A program made the translations under genes and the position numbers. Source: a virus. From it: a stretch of 64,000 nt of DNA. Of this stretch, positions 40,018-49,465 are shown in pieces; the stretch's first letter is position 1, and every line of letters starts with the position of its first letter. The notes beneath the pieces were generated by a model. That model had not been told where the DNA came from. It made no database searches and saw nothing but the letters and a program-made list of their open reading frames with translations. Location of the stretch: positions 1 through 64,000 of the IMG/VR virus record IMGVR_UViG_3300018080_000014, one strand, 5' to 3'.

Positions 40018-41129
40018 TACTTAAGCACCCCCTTCTTCCTGTAGAAGTCCGCCATCGCTCCCTTGAGACTTGGATCCACTGCTTCGAGCACCTCTTCAGG
40101 GGATACGTCACCGCTTATGCCTTGTGTAAACTCGTTGGCCATTTTCTTGGTCTGTTGTTGCCAAGTGGAAATTCGGTTATTTGGATCAAGCGTTTGTGTC
40201 TGGAGACCACGTAACTTGCCTTCAAGCTCCTTCTTGCGAGCTTCAAGCTTTTCTTTGGTCCAGCTCTTGTAGACGCTCCCGAATTCCGGTACGCCTTCCA
40301 GTTCGACAATAGCATCGATAAGCTTCTTCTCGTCACTCCTTTCAAACACGAGCTCGGCTGCTTGTTCCTCGAACTTTCTCTTGAGGACGGTGAAATCCTT
40401 GCTGAGCTTTTCCAGCAACACCCGAGTGCTTTGTTCAGAGGAGATGGAGGCTTCCAGATTTTTCTTTTCCTCATGAGCCCCTTCGAGATCATTCTCAAGC
40501 GCGACGATTTTCTCTTCCAGCTCGCCTTTTTCAAGCGTGAGCTTTTCGAGCATCGTTTCCAGCTCTTGTGAAGTTTTCCCTTCCAAGGAATCAAGAGTGA
40601 TTTTTTCTTGGTCTTCCAATGCTACCACTTCCGATTTTGGAACGCTTAAACAGTCTTTGCAGGCTGGATAATGCGTCCCGGTGTGTTCCACAATATCTGC
40701 CCAATAAGCTACCCCGTTTTCATATTTCACGGTATATTGAAGTGATATTCCAACTGGATCGCTTTCGTTTGCGGATTTTTCAACCCACTTGGCAAATATA
40801 ATATTTTCTTCGAGATCCTTGCCGTTTGGAGCCTTTAATGGAACCCTGTACTCGCTACGCATGAATCTCTTGTTTTCTTCCAATGCTATCCATGACTTGT
40901 TGACACGCCCAAATATTGGTATAACTTTGGAATCATTGCCAGCTGGATGCCTGTGTCTAAAAATAAGTGGATTACCCGGTGATTGCTCCGCCAGAATCTT
41001 CATTACATACTCACAGGCAAAATCCTCGCTAATACTTCTGGCCTCGAAAAAGAATTTGTCATCCTCGTACCGGTACGTGCCGGTAGATTCAAACTGGATT
41101 TTGATCGATTCAGCTGGCATAGCCGTCAC
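40017..41129 (-). CDS. prohead protease/scaffold protein
   Basis: N-terminal globular domain (HRHP, GISLQY, PACKDC) plus long E/K coiled coil. Confidence 0.65.
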   Translation of the reverse strand: MTAMPAESIKIQFESTGTYRYEDDKFFFEARSISEDFACEYVMKILAEQSPGNPLIFRHRHPAGNDSKVIPIFGRVNKSWIALEENKRFMRSEYRVPLKAPNGKDLEENIIFAKWVEKSANESDPVGISLQYTVKYENGVAYWADIVEHTGTHYPACKDCLSVPKSEVVALEDQEKITLDSLEGKTSQELETMLEKLTLEKGELEEKIVALENDLEGAHEEKKNLEASISSEQSTRVLLEKLSKDFTVLKRKFEEQAAELVFERSDEKKLIDAIVELEGVPEFGSVYKSWTKEKLEARKKELEGKLRGLQTQTLDPNNRISTWQQQTKKMANEFTQGISGDVSPEEVLEAVDPSLKGAMADFYRKKGVLK

Positions 41130-41151
41130 TATGAGATAGAATTGTCCCTAC

Positions 41152-41170
41152 GCATATATAAACCTTGCTA
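41152..41170 (-). promoter_or_regulatory. TATA promoter candidate for capsid genes
   Basis: Minus strand GCAAGGTTTATATATGC about 25 nt upstream of the scaffold start. Confidence 0.5.
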
Positions 41171-41611
41171 CAATAACATGCTGATGAAGGCCAGCAAGAT
41201 GCAAACTACCCCGTTGAGTAGCAGGTATGCATCGGTCCTCCTGACCGACATCCTGTCCCCCTTCTTGATGTATATCAAGTACGTTCCCGTTTTCGTCCCG
41301 TTTGGTGGTTTCAAGTCGGCAAGCAGGTGAACGCCATACATTACACAAAACGCGGCTGCACCGTTGAAACTTCCTTCCCAGAACCCGAGCATGAACACGC
41401 CCAAGGGGATGATAGCAGAATGCCAGAACCAATGCCTGTGCTTCGTGGCACCGTTCTTATCTACCTTTCTGGTATCCATGTCTGGTAGTGAGAAGGAAAC
41501 AAGTGCCACCAGATCTAGCTTGCCAAAGCGCGGATTATCAAACAATGCCACGAGCACGAATACCACGATAACACATGGTATCCCCGTGAGAGCATGTTGC
41601 CACCATTTCAT
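41168..41611 (-). CDS. membrane-bound metal-dependent hydrolase (YdjM-like)
   Basis: H..LPDMD..HRHWFWHS..HLLAD motifs with TM helices. Confidence 0.7.
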   Translation of the reverse strand: MKWWQHALTGIPCVIVVFVLVALFDNPRFGKLDLVALVSFSLPDMDTRKVDKNGATKHRHWFWHSAIIPLGVFMLGFWEGSFNGAAAFCVMYGVHLLADLKPPNGTKTGTYLIYIKKGDRMSVRRTDAYLLLNGVVCILLAFISMLL

Positions 41612-41883
41612 TCACTGTCACCAAAATCAACAACATTGATACCTTTCACGTTTTTCACGTGCTCGTTTAAATCCGTACCACAATCGTGCATTTTTGGATT
41701 CCACTTGGTCGGATCCCACATTTCTGGCTTCTTCTCGCTTTCTTCAACCTGCTTCTGGTAACACTTCTCGCATAGGCGCGTTTCTTCTTCCCAGTAGTAT
41801 TCATCAACGCTATCCATGCCTGTTGGCTTCTTTGCCTCGAATTCCTCGTTGCACTTCTCGCATACCTTAATAACCTTGTTCAA
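41608..41883 (-). CDS. small Zn-finger protein
   Basis: CEKC..CEKC. Confidence 0.6.
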   Translation of the reverse strand: MNKVIKVCEKCNEEFEAKKPTGMDSVDEYYWEEETRLCEKCYQKQVEESEKKPEMWDPTKWNPKMHDCGTDLNEHVKNVKGINVVDFGDSE

Positions 41884-42253
41884 ACTGATCCTCCTCTATT
41901 GTTCCAATTGGTCTTTTTCGTGATTGGTTGGCGATGAGAAACTCGTGCGATTTTGAATCCTGATTATTTGGACATCCTTCTGTATCGCAGCCCATGACTA
42001 TCGCATTATTGGATTCATCCACCACATCCATGGGTTTTCCACAGAATCTACATGGAACGGGTATTGGAAACGATTTTTTCGTCACGCCAAACCTATGGTA
42101 ATCTTCTCGCTTGTTGTGCGTTATTTCTCGCAATCCAGCATCTATGTGCCTGCCTATATTGTCAACTCCACGTGGCATCCATTGCTTCGGTTGATCATAT
42201 GGAATGTCAATGTGGAATTTCCGTAGCTTGCTTTCAAGTTTCGATGTCATCAC
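41867..42253 (-). CDS. Zn-finger protein
   Basis: CRFCG..CDTEGC. Confidence 0.6.
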   Translation of the reverse strand: MMTSKLESKLRKFHIDIPYDQPKQWMPRGVDNIGRHIDAGLREITHNKREDYHRFGVTKKSFPIPVPCRFCGKPMDVVDESNNAIVMGCDTEGCPNNQDSKSHEFLIANQSRKRPIGTIEEDQFEQGY

Positions 42254-42873
42254 GGGACACCAGATATGTTTGATGCCAGCGCATTCGTGGCACCTTGTAA
42301 TATTCTTGCCATCGCAGAGACGTATTCTGCCATTGCACCAGCAGTATTCAAGTATGGTCTTGGTGGCACGTTCTTCTTACCATTGAACCACCCTATATGT
42401 ATTATCAACGAGAGAGCAGGGGCGTCTATCCCTGCCAGCGGATGTATGTTGCCCGTCGTTTGGTATCCTACCCTTATCTCGGGCGGATTGGATAAGTTAA
42501 GGCCGCCAGCAATCCATGCGGTGAGCTCACGCTCAAGGAATCCCGTGAGGACTGCCCTGTGACCCGGCCCAAGGGCGAATGGTGGTGCAGGTACTTGGAA
42601 TGTCGTGCCTTGGCTATCGACAAACCATCGTTTGCCGCTCCATATTTTATCCTTTTCTTCCACCCATGACTGCGATAGTGGTGGACCATCTGACAGGTCG
42701 GCTCGCAGCCTGTCACGTGCAATGCGTTCCACCTCGTCGCGAATATCGTTCAAGGCTTGCTGGATGATGGCGGTATTCGCTCTCGATAACCTGCCTCTCC
42801 TGTTGCCACTAAGGCGGCGTATCGCCCTGATGAACTGTATCATCTGGTTCGGATTCATGCTAACGCTTACCAT
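42250..42873 (-). CDS. HK97 gp10-like/neck morphogenesis protein
   Basis: LTGFLER..IHIG..VPPRPYL motif. Confidence 0.65.
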   Translation of the reverse strand: MVSVSMNPNQMIQFIRAIRRLSGNRRGRLSRANTAIIQQALNDIRDEVERIARDRLRADLSDGPPLSQSWVEEKDKIWSGKRWFVDSQGTTFQVPAPPFALGPGHRAVLTGFLERELTAWIAGGLNLSNPPEIRVGYQTTGNIHPLAGIDAPALSLIIHIGWFNGKKNVPPRPYLNTAGAMAEYVSAMARILQGATNALASNISGVP

Positions 42874-44364
42874 TCATTCCGCCTTTGTACTTGCTCGTTC
42901 CTGTCCACCATTGATTCCGCCATTCATGCTCATCTTGGTGGAATTCATTTCCTCGAATTTTGATTGGAGTTTCTTCGCGACTGCTGGATCCAGCTCATCC
43001 ATCACTGATCCCCATATGCCTTGAAGGATCTGGCGTGGTTCGTTCCAATCCTCGTAGAACATCTTATCAGCAGCGATGCCGACCGCTTCCACGAGATCTT
43101 TCACCTTCTCGATTATTGTTGGTGGAAATCTTATGGAAAATTCACTTCTCCGTGGTGTCCTCCCGTTTCTTGGCAGGAGGATGTTACGGAAGAAGGGTTC
43201 AAGCCTGTTCTTGTACTTGCCGATGAGGCCCTGTATGTACCTGACTTGTTGCTGATCGAGCGATTTGGATGTTGCCAGTTCTGTACCAGATGTAGAACGA
43301 AGTCCCATGGAACCCATGAGACCAAGCATTATTTGTTCGTCATACAGGTGGATAGCATCTATAAATATCTGTGAACTCTTTGCCGTGCTCTTGGAGAGTA
43401 TTTCCACCTTGTTGTAACCGGGAGTTGCCATGGCACCAAAGTTGCGCATGTTTATCAGGGATTCGAGCAGCATGTCACGTTCACGCTTGAACTCCTCGTC
43501 ATCTTCTGGCATGTACGAGTTGGGGTCGCCCGTGTACCCGACCTTTATTGGTGACCACTCGCGCTCCGCGAAATTTCTCATGTACCACCGCACCCACCGC
43601 TTGTCGGCCATGATGTCGAGCAATGCTGATACCGGGGGCCGCCGGAAGAACTCGAATTCCATCATGGTGTCAGGTTTATTTGGAACGACGATGTATTCCA
43701 TCTGTGTCTCGCCAGCATATAGCTGGAGAACGCTGCTGTTGATGTCGGTGATTGATTTTATCATCGGAGCACGTGATTTCACCCAGTTAAAGAATCCAGA
43801 TGACGTGTAAAACGTCTTGTTGAGCTTCCTTGCTGCTTGGACATAACATTCATATCCAGCTACTGGATCCTTTACTTTTGCTACGGTAAGTGGATCCAAT
43901 CTTGCTAAGTCGATGCCATACTCGTTATCATCGCTGTAGAGTATTCTCCATACGCTCTTGTTGTGTACATGGTTATCAACGAGGGTGTCAGATGCGAGAT
44001 CGTATATGTCTTGGTTGCTCTCGTTTATGCGCTCGCACCACCCTTCCACGATTTCCTTGTCCTCGGGATTGTCGCTGTTCACCTTTATCCCGGTTGAAAA
44101 TATCGTATATGCCAGTATATACGTCCACGATATTGCTATGGGTGACCTCCAGAAGCAAATCTCCCTGTTCGTGGCGGTATCGGGTATATCATTAATGTAC
44201 AGCTTGCGGAGCGTGTCGTTTATTGGTGACATCTTCAGTATTAAATCCAAGTATGTCACCAAAGATGGCGCTCCTGCCAGTACTGTTGGTTTTCTGTATA
44301 TCTTCGTGTTTAAGGAGAGACTCCTTCCAGGATTACTTCCACGCATCACTATCATGTTGTTCAC
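42874..44364 (-). CDS. portal protein
   Basis: 496 aa directly downstream of TerL; LARLDPLTV pattern. Confidence 0.75.
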   Translation of the reverse strand: MNNMIVMRGSNPGRSLSLNTKIYRKPTVLAGAPSLVTYLDLILKMSPINDTLRKLYINDIPDTATNREICFWRSPIAISWTYILAYTIFSTGIKVNSDNPEDKEIVEGWCERINESNQDIYDLASDTLVDNHVHNKSVWRILYSDDNEYGIDLARLDPLTVAKVKDPVAGYECYVQAARKLNKTFYTSSGFFNWVKSRAPMIKSITDINSSVLQLYAGETQMEYIVVPNKPDTMMEFEFFRRPPVSALLDIMADKRWVRWYMRNFAEREWSPIKVGYTGDPNSYMPEDDEEFKRERDMLLESLINMRNFGAMATPGYNKVEILSKSTAKSSQIFIDAIHLYDEQIMLGLMGSMGLRSTSGTELATSKSLDQQQVRYIQGLIGKYKNRLEPFFRNILLPRNGRTPRRSEFSIRFPPTIIEKVKDLVEAVGIAADKMFYEDWNEPRQILQGIWGSVMDELDPAVAKKLQSKFEEMNSTKMSMNGGINGGQERASTKAE

Positions 44365-46190
44365 GCAAGTCTTGTTGCCAGAGATACAAATGGCTTCTTT
44401 CTACACGCCCAGTACGCCAGCGCATGGGCGATTACCCTGTCATCGTGTGCCGATTGGGTCCCGTACTTTGGTTTCTTGCTTTCCGTTATGTCGTAACCGA
44501 ACTTGAGCATTTCATCCCAAAAGTCCCTTACCTCTGGAAGATCATACTGTGGTATGGCGATGTCGCCTCTTTTGGTATATCCTTCCACGAGATTGTCCAC
44601 GAGATCAATCTTGGATTGCGTGTCGAAGATGAATCCCTTGTGTCTCTTCTTGGAATACAACCCGGTGCTCTTGTCCGGCTTGTTATCGAATATTTTCGTT
44701 CGCAGGCGCTCCCCGGGTGGCATCCTTACCTCGATCTCGTCTATCCTGCCGTTCGGTTTCGCTACCTGTATTACTATGCGACCAAGCCTTTTAAGTATTT
44801 GCAGATCATTCCACATATCATCCATGACAGGATCTCCTACTCCCGTGGCATCAGGGACAATCCATACTGGATTAAACAATGCGACTACTTGTAAAAACTT
44901 TGGTCGTATGTCAACGTAATCGAGATTGCTATATTGTCCACCAATGGTGAACATGTAATCCCACAACGCTTTTTCTTGTTTCCAGTCATAATGCATCACG
45001 TTAAGGGCGCTAGCATCATGCGTCTTGCCAAAATCCATGCCTATGACGTAGTTCTTGATATTCTTTCTCGGGCTTGGCACGTTGTTGAGACCCATCATCA
45101 CCGCGCGCTCCAGTAGTTCCATGCTGAACACGGCGGAACCTTCCTTGATGATTTCGCCAAGAATCTCCTGCCTTGCTTTTGGAGTATTGCCGGCAAGCCA
45201 CAACTCGTACTCGATTTCTTCACGCGTCTTCCACGAGCAGGTCCACGGATCGACTGGAACTACAGTGATAGCCCCGACACCATACATCCACCTGTTCCCG
45301 CCGCAGACGGGACAGTTTGGTAACTTCATTGGTAGAGCATGTGTGCCAAACTTGGTGATGAACTGGCGCATGAGTTGTGATTCCTGCTTGAATGTTGCTT
45401 GGCATACTTTGCCGTTCACGACGTTTGCGCATACTATCGGGCGAGTTTCCATGCCCATGGTATAGTGCCTGATGAATTCCCCACGATAACCAGCAGGGGT
45501 AGAAAGTAGAATCCAGCGTTTTCCGACACGCCTGAATGTTTTCAGCACGACATCAGTCATGATCTCCTCATCTATCCACGCGGCTTCGTCCACCAGCCCG
45601 AGGTGCAGTGAACGGCCACGGACGCCTCTCGACGCAGGGTAAGCAGTGGCGGTGACCCGGCCGCCAGATTTTATTATTTTTGTAACATTGCTGGACTCTA
45701 CCATGTAGCCAAATGGTGAGTTTTCGACAAAGATTTTTATCTTGTCCATTATTTCCTTGGCACCATCCTCGTTGATGGAGAACGTGCCAATGCGGTATCG
45801 CTTGTTCATGAAGATGAACGCGCATGCTGCTGCTATTGCCACGGCAGTGGTCTTGCCAAACTGGCGAGGCCATATCATCACGATCTCTTTCGGGCGGTCA
45901 CCTTCTGGTATTACCCACGGGTACTGGTAAATATTGTACCCGAATTGTATGGAACGGATTGCCGCTTTCTGTGATTCTTCAAGGACGAGGGGCATGTCCT
46001 CGTCTTCCGGGTTTGGCAGCCAGTATTCTGCAAAAGATGCCCAGTCGAACAACGATTGTTGGAACTTTATGAATTCTGTTTCATCCTTTTCCGGGTCTAT
46101 GCCCATCGTCTCGAATTGTTCCCATAAGAACTTGGTGTCACATCCAGATGATATGTCTCCTCCACCCATTCCAGCAGGCACTGCGCTCAT
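44361..46190 (-). CDS. terL: terminase large subunit
   Basis: WPRQFGKT, RGRS, LVDEA, LSTP; nuclease motifs GMDFGKTHD, DATGVG, HDDRVIA. Confidence 0.95.
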   Translation of the reverse strand: MSAVPAGMGGGDISSGCDTKFLWEQFETMGIDPEKDETEFIKFQQSLFDWASFAEYWLPNPEDEDMPLVLEESQKAAIRSIQFGYNIYQYPWVIPEGDRPKEIVMIWPRQFGKTTAVAIAAACAFIFMNKRYRIGTFSINEDGAKEIMDKIKIFVENSPFGYMVESSNVTKIIKSGGRVTATAYPASRGVRGRSLHLGLVDEAAWIDEEIMTDVVLKTFRRVGKRWILLSTPAGYRGEFIRHYTMGMETRPIVCANVVNGKVCQATFKQESQLMRQFITKFGTHALPMKLPNCPVCGGNRWMYGVGAITVVPVDPWTCSWKTREEIEYELWLAGNTPKARQEILGEIIKEGSAVFSMELLERAVMMGLNNVPSPRKNIKNYVIGMDFGKTHDASALNVMHYDWKQEKALWDYMFTIGGQYSNLDYVDIRPKFLQVVALFNPVWIVPDATGVGDPVMDDMWNDLQILKRLGRIVIQVAKPNGRIDEIEVRMPPGERLRTKIFDNKPDKSTGLYSKKRHKGFIFDTQSKIDLVDNLVEGYTKRGDIAIPQYDLPEVRDFWDEMLKFGYDITESKKPKYGTQSAHDDRVIAHALAYWACRKKPFVSLATRLA

Positions 46191-46738
46191 TCAACCACCT
46201 CTACTTCCTCGAGCGCAAGCCGCTTTGCCTGCATCTCCTTGAGGAACTGTATCTTGAAATCCTCCGACACGTCCTGCCTGCTTTCCATGATCATTTGCAC
46301 GACCTGCAATTTCGTGATGTGTACCTTGTCCTGCTCGGGTTCCGTCATCTTGTGGAGGTCATTCAGCTGTTCTGACATCTGCTTGAGGTAGCCCAAGAGT
46401 TGTGGGTGGGGTTTTCCAGGCGCGCCGTGATCGTACAACTCCACTGCGACACTCTTGGTCACCATGTACAGGAGATTTTTTTCACGTATGGTGTCTATCG
46501 GTGCATGGAATGCGATGTCGAGGTCAACAGGCACGAAATTGACCATTTTTGACGATTTTTCGTCATTTTCGGACAATTCCGCGCTGGTTGCCTCTTCCAT
46601 TGCTTCTTCCCCGGAAATTTCGAGTATTTTCGACTCTTCCGCGTGTAACTGGTCGAGAATCCTTTCGGTTTCCTTTGGATGGAGTTCGACTTCATCCAAG
46701 TGTGGTATCTTGACCTTTACCCTATGCTTTGTATACAC
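46187..46738 (-). CDS. terminase small subunit candidate
   Basis: 183-aa helical ORF overlapping the terL start. Confidence 0.5.
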   Translation of the reverse strand: MYTKHRVKVKIPHLDEVELHPKETERILDQLHAEESKILEISGEEAMEEATSAELSENDEKSSKMVNFVPVDLDIAFHAPIDTIREKNLLYMVTKSVAVELYDHGAPGKPHPQLLGYLKQMSEQLNDLHKMTEPEQDKVHITKLQVVQMIMESRQDVSEDFKIQFLKEMQAKRLALEEVEVVE

Positions 46739-46743
46739 CGTGT

Positions 46744-47715
46744 CTACACCATGGTAATGTTTGCCGTGTCATCGTATACCCATTCGTAAATATCCGATCG
46801 TATGCGGAACTTCGTCTGCCCTGCCTGAGAAGGGAGATTGCCACTATAAGAGCCCGTGTTTGGAACTGATGTGTGGTGGGGAATCCACTCTCCTTCTCTC
46901 AGGTACAGGATGCTGACGGTGGAATTGTCGAGCCAGCTTGCAGCTATGGAGTTGATGTGGAGATTTTGGACACCACCACCCGATGCGAGGAAGGAGATGT
47001 ACTTGAGGTTGACTGCCGATTGTGTATATATGCCGGAATACACTTGCTCGTCGTTGATCTTGATGGTGACGTTTCCTGCTGGTTCGTCAAAGATGACCTT
47101 GTACGTGACGCCGTGTGGCATGCCACCAACATCTTTTTGCCAGACGGGGTTAGACCCGGCTCCGAAGACACTGTACCGGATGTAATTGCCCGAGAAGGAG
47201 AACCACCCGTAGTGGGCAATGCCTGGTGTTGGTAGCACGTAATCGGTGAATATGACGGTGAACAGGCCCGTGTGGTCCGATTGGAAATCGATGTCCATCG
47301 TGACAGTGGAGTCTTCCTCGAAATCCGATTGTGATGGAAATGCGAATACTTTTTCCACGTCCAGGGCACTGTATCGCGCGAACCACCCGTAGCCGTTGTA
47401 GAAGACCGCACCTGCGGTGGTATTGTCGGATTGATCGTTTGGTCCTGCTGCCCAACTTGGCGAGTTCTCCAGCGGGGTGTTGTTATCGTATCCTTCAAAG
47501 TCTTCCGTGACGCCCGATCCTATTCCAACCGATTGCCATGCCCAAGAGAAGGGTATACCAGTAGAGTACTGCTTGGGCTCGTTGGTAGGTGGGTTGGTGA
47601 ATTCGACCCAGCGCACGGTTTGTTCGGGGATACCATTTTCACGATCCACGGCGAACTTGCGAAGGAAAGCTGCTGAATGTTTGAATGGTTGCGCGAATAT
47701 TTTCGGAATGGTCAC
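46744..47715 (-). CDS. lectin-like beta-sandwich protein (virion-associated candidate)
   Basis: EDFEGY..W start, aromatic/G/S/N-rich. Confidence 0.55.
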   Translation of the reverse strand: MTIPKIFAQPFKHSAAFLRKFAVDRENGIPEQTVRWVEFTNPPTNEPKQYSTGIPFSWAWQSVGIGSGVTEDFEGYDNNTPLENSPSWAAGPNDQSDNTTAGAVFYNGYGWFARYSALDVEKVFAFPSQSDFEEDSTVTMDIDFQSDHTGLFTVIFTDYVLPTPGIAHYGWFSFSGNYIRYSVFGAGSNPVWQKDVGGMPHGVTYKVIFDEPAGNVTIKINDEQVYSGIYTQSAVNLKYISFLASGGGVQNLHINSIAASWLDNSTVSILYLREGEWIPHHTSVPNTGSYSGNLPSQAGQTKFRIRSDIYEWVYDDTANITMV

Positions 47716-48053
47716 TCACCAACGTAGCATTCGACTTCGACACTTGCCGGATCGGTATCGGCAGTGTGGACACCAACCAGCGAGTCAACCTTGCAGCGCG
47801 CTCCCCATGGCAGTTGCGACGTTATTGTTCTGCCGAGCGATGGGTTGTTTGGCATGTTGTTCAGGGACACGCGAATCGAGGAATCCGTTACCACCTCCAC
47901 TTCCACAGTCACGATCTGCTTGTCGCCAAAATACGCGGAGGCTTCCGCGAGGAGATCAACGGGCGTCGAGGATACCGAGTAGCGGGCGAAATGATATGAT
48001 TTGCCGTCAAGGGGGATTGAGGCGTTCTTGACGGGATGGACGAGATTTGCCAT
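47712..48053 (-). CDS. small beta-rich protein, first gene of the late operon
   Basis: 113 aa, probably leaderless, about 25 nt below a TATA box. Confidence 0.6.
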   Translation of the reverse strand: MANLVHPVKNASIPLDGKSYHFARYSVSSTPVDLLAEASAYFGDKQIVTVEVEVVTDSSIRVSLNNMPNNPSLGRTITSQLPWGARCKVDSLVGVHTADTDPASVEVECYVGE

Positions 48054-48073
48054 GGGTGGATACACGCCGGCCG

Positions 48074-48092
48074 CCTATTTAAACTTTTCGAC
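48074..48092 (-). promoter_or_regulatory. late operon BRE-TATA promoter
   Basis: Minus strand GTCGAAAAGTTTAAATAGG. Confidence 0.7.
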
Positions 48093-48193
48093 ACTTATCC
48101 ACGGCACGCGCGGGTTGGGGGGGGACTAACATGCCCTGGCGTCAAAAAGTAATTCTTTTGTCTAAATTTCGCGGAAAAAGAAAAAGAGTGAGT

Positions 48194-48493
48194 TTAGTGA
48201 AAGATCGGGAGACGCTTGTTAACACAAGTCTCAAGATCACAAAAAGAATCGTTAGAATTGTCGTCAGTGAGGAGTATGTAGTAGTACGAGTAGATCTCAT
48301 CAAATCTGAAGCTCTGACAGTGATTCTTGTAGAGATCTAGGATAGATTCGACAGAAGCTGTAGCTCCTCGGGCGTTGTTAATACGTTCGTTATCAACGCG
48401 GATTACAATGACGTCGTACTCGCTATCGTAGTGCGTTTTCACGACTTGACTATGAAAGTGCAAATTGTAGAAGTTTTTGTGTTCGGGATGCAT
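48194..48493 (-). CDS. hypothetical protein, Trp-free (pre-early candidate)
   Basis: AGGTGA RBS, 99 aa, followed by an oligo-T tract. Confidence 0.65.
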   Translation of the reverse strand: MHPEHKNFYNLHFHSQVVKTHYDSEYDVIVIRVDNERINNARGATASVESILDLYKNHCQSFRFDEIYSYYYILLTDDNSNDSFCDLETCVNKRLPIFH

Positions 48494-48504
48494 ATTTTTC
48501 ACCT

Positions 48505-48540
48505 TTTTTGAAAAAAAATAAAAAATGTGAGCGAAAGCTC
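48505..48540 (-). terminator. hairpin plus oligo-T terminator
   Basis: Minus strand GAGC-TTTC-GCTC hairpin followed by TTTTTATTTTTTTT. Confidence 0.5.
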
Positions 48541-49465
48541 ACTGATACTCAGCTAGCTGAGCGAGGTACTTCTCGTGATACTCAGCTTTGTGAGAAATAA
48601 TGTCCTTGACGAGGTTCTCGTAGTACGAGAAGCCTCCGCGCTTCAGAGCCTTTTGATCAAGCTTCTTGATTTTCTCCTCGATCTTCTTTGAACCTAGCTC
48701 GCTCAAAATAGCGACACGAGCGGGTTTCTGAGCCTCGTCGAAGAGAAATCGTGTCGATTTCATAACGTTCAATAACGCGGCGATCCCGTTCATTTTTTTC
48801 TCTTTGAGGTAGAAATCTGCAAAGAGATAGAAGAGCTCGTTAAAATCATCACCTCCCGCTAGGAACGGGTTGATCGAGGCTAACCCGTCGCTTGAAGCGA
48901 GCTTCTTTTTCTGTTCCTCTAATTTCGCTATGTTATCTTTGATTTTCTCGCTCGGCTTTTTCTCCGCGAGCTTCTCCTGCATCTTCTTGAGAAGATCTGT
49001 ATCTTTTTTCTCAGCTACCTCAATTGTGAGCTGCATTAGCTCACTGAGGTGTTTCTCATCTAATTTCTCAGCTTTCTTTAAAGAATCTTGAAGCTTCTTG
49101 ATTTTCTCGTCGATCTTGTCGATCTTCTTCGCGGTTTCCTCGTCATGTGCAACTAGGACGAGCTTCACAGCTCTAAAGAGGAGCCTTTCGTAGTCAGTCA
49201 CTATTGTGACGTACCCCTTCTTTAAAGCGGGTTCTACGTGAGCTAGCGCTAGTATTTCAAGCGTTGAAGCTACAGAATCCGCGATTTCTTTCTTGTCCTC
49301 GCTCGTGAAAAGCTTGACAAGATTCTCGTTGAACACGTTGATGTTCGATATGTCAACGTGATTCTTCTTTGAATCAAGAGCGCTCTTGAAGTCCTCAGAG
49401 CTGATCTTGTATAGATCTTCAACGTGATTGAAGATCTTTTTCGTCTTTTTGTTTTTTTTCGACAT
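48539..49465 (-). CDS. K/E-rich coiled-coil protein, Trp- and Cys-free (pre-early candidate)
   Basis: GAGGT RBS before ATG 49465; 308 aa. Confidence 0.75.
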   Translation of the reverse strand: MSKKNKKTKKIFNHVEDLYKISSEDFKSALDSKKNHVDISNINVFNENLVKLFTSEDKKEIADSVASTLEILALAHVEPALKKGYVTIVTDYERLLFRAVKLVLVAHDEETAKKIDKIDEKIKKLQDSLKKAEKLDEKHLSELMQLTIEVAEKKDTDLLKKMQEKLAEKKPSEKIKDNIAKLEEQKKKLASSDGLASINPFLAGGDDFNELFYLFADFYLKEKKMNGIAALLNVMKSTRFLFDEAQKPARVAILSELGSKKIEEKIKKLDQKALKRGGFSYYENLVKDIISHKAEYHEKYLAQLAEYQ

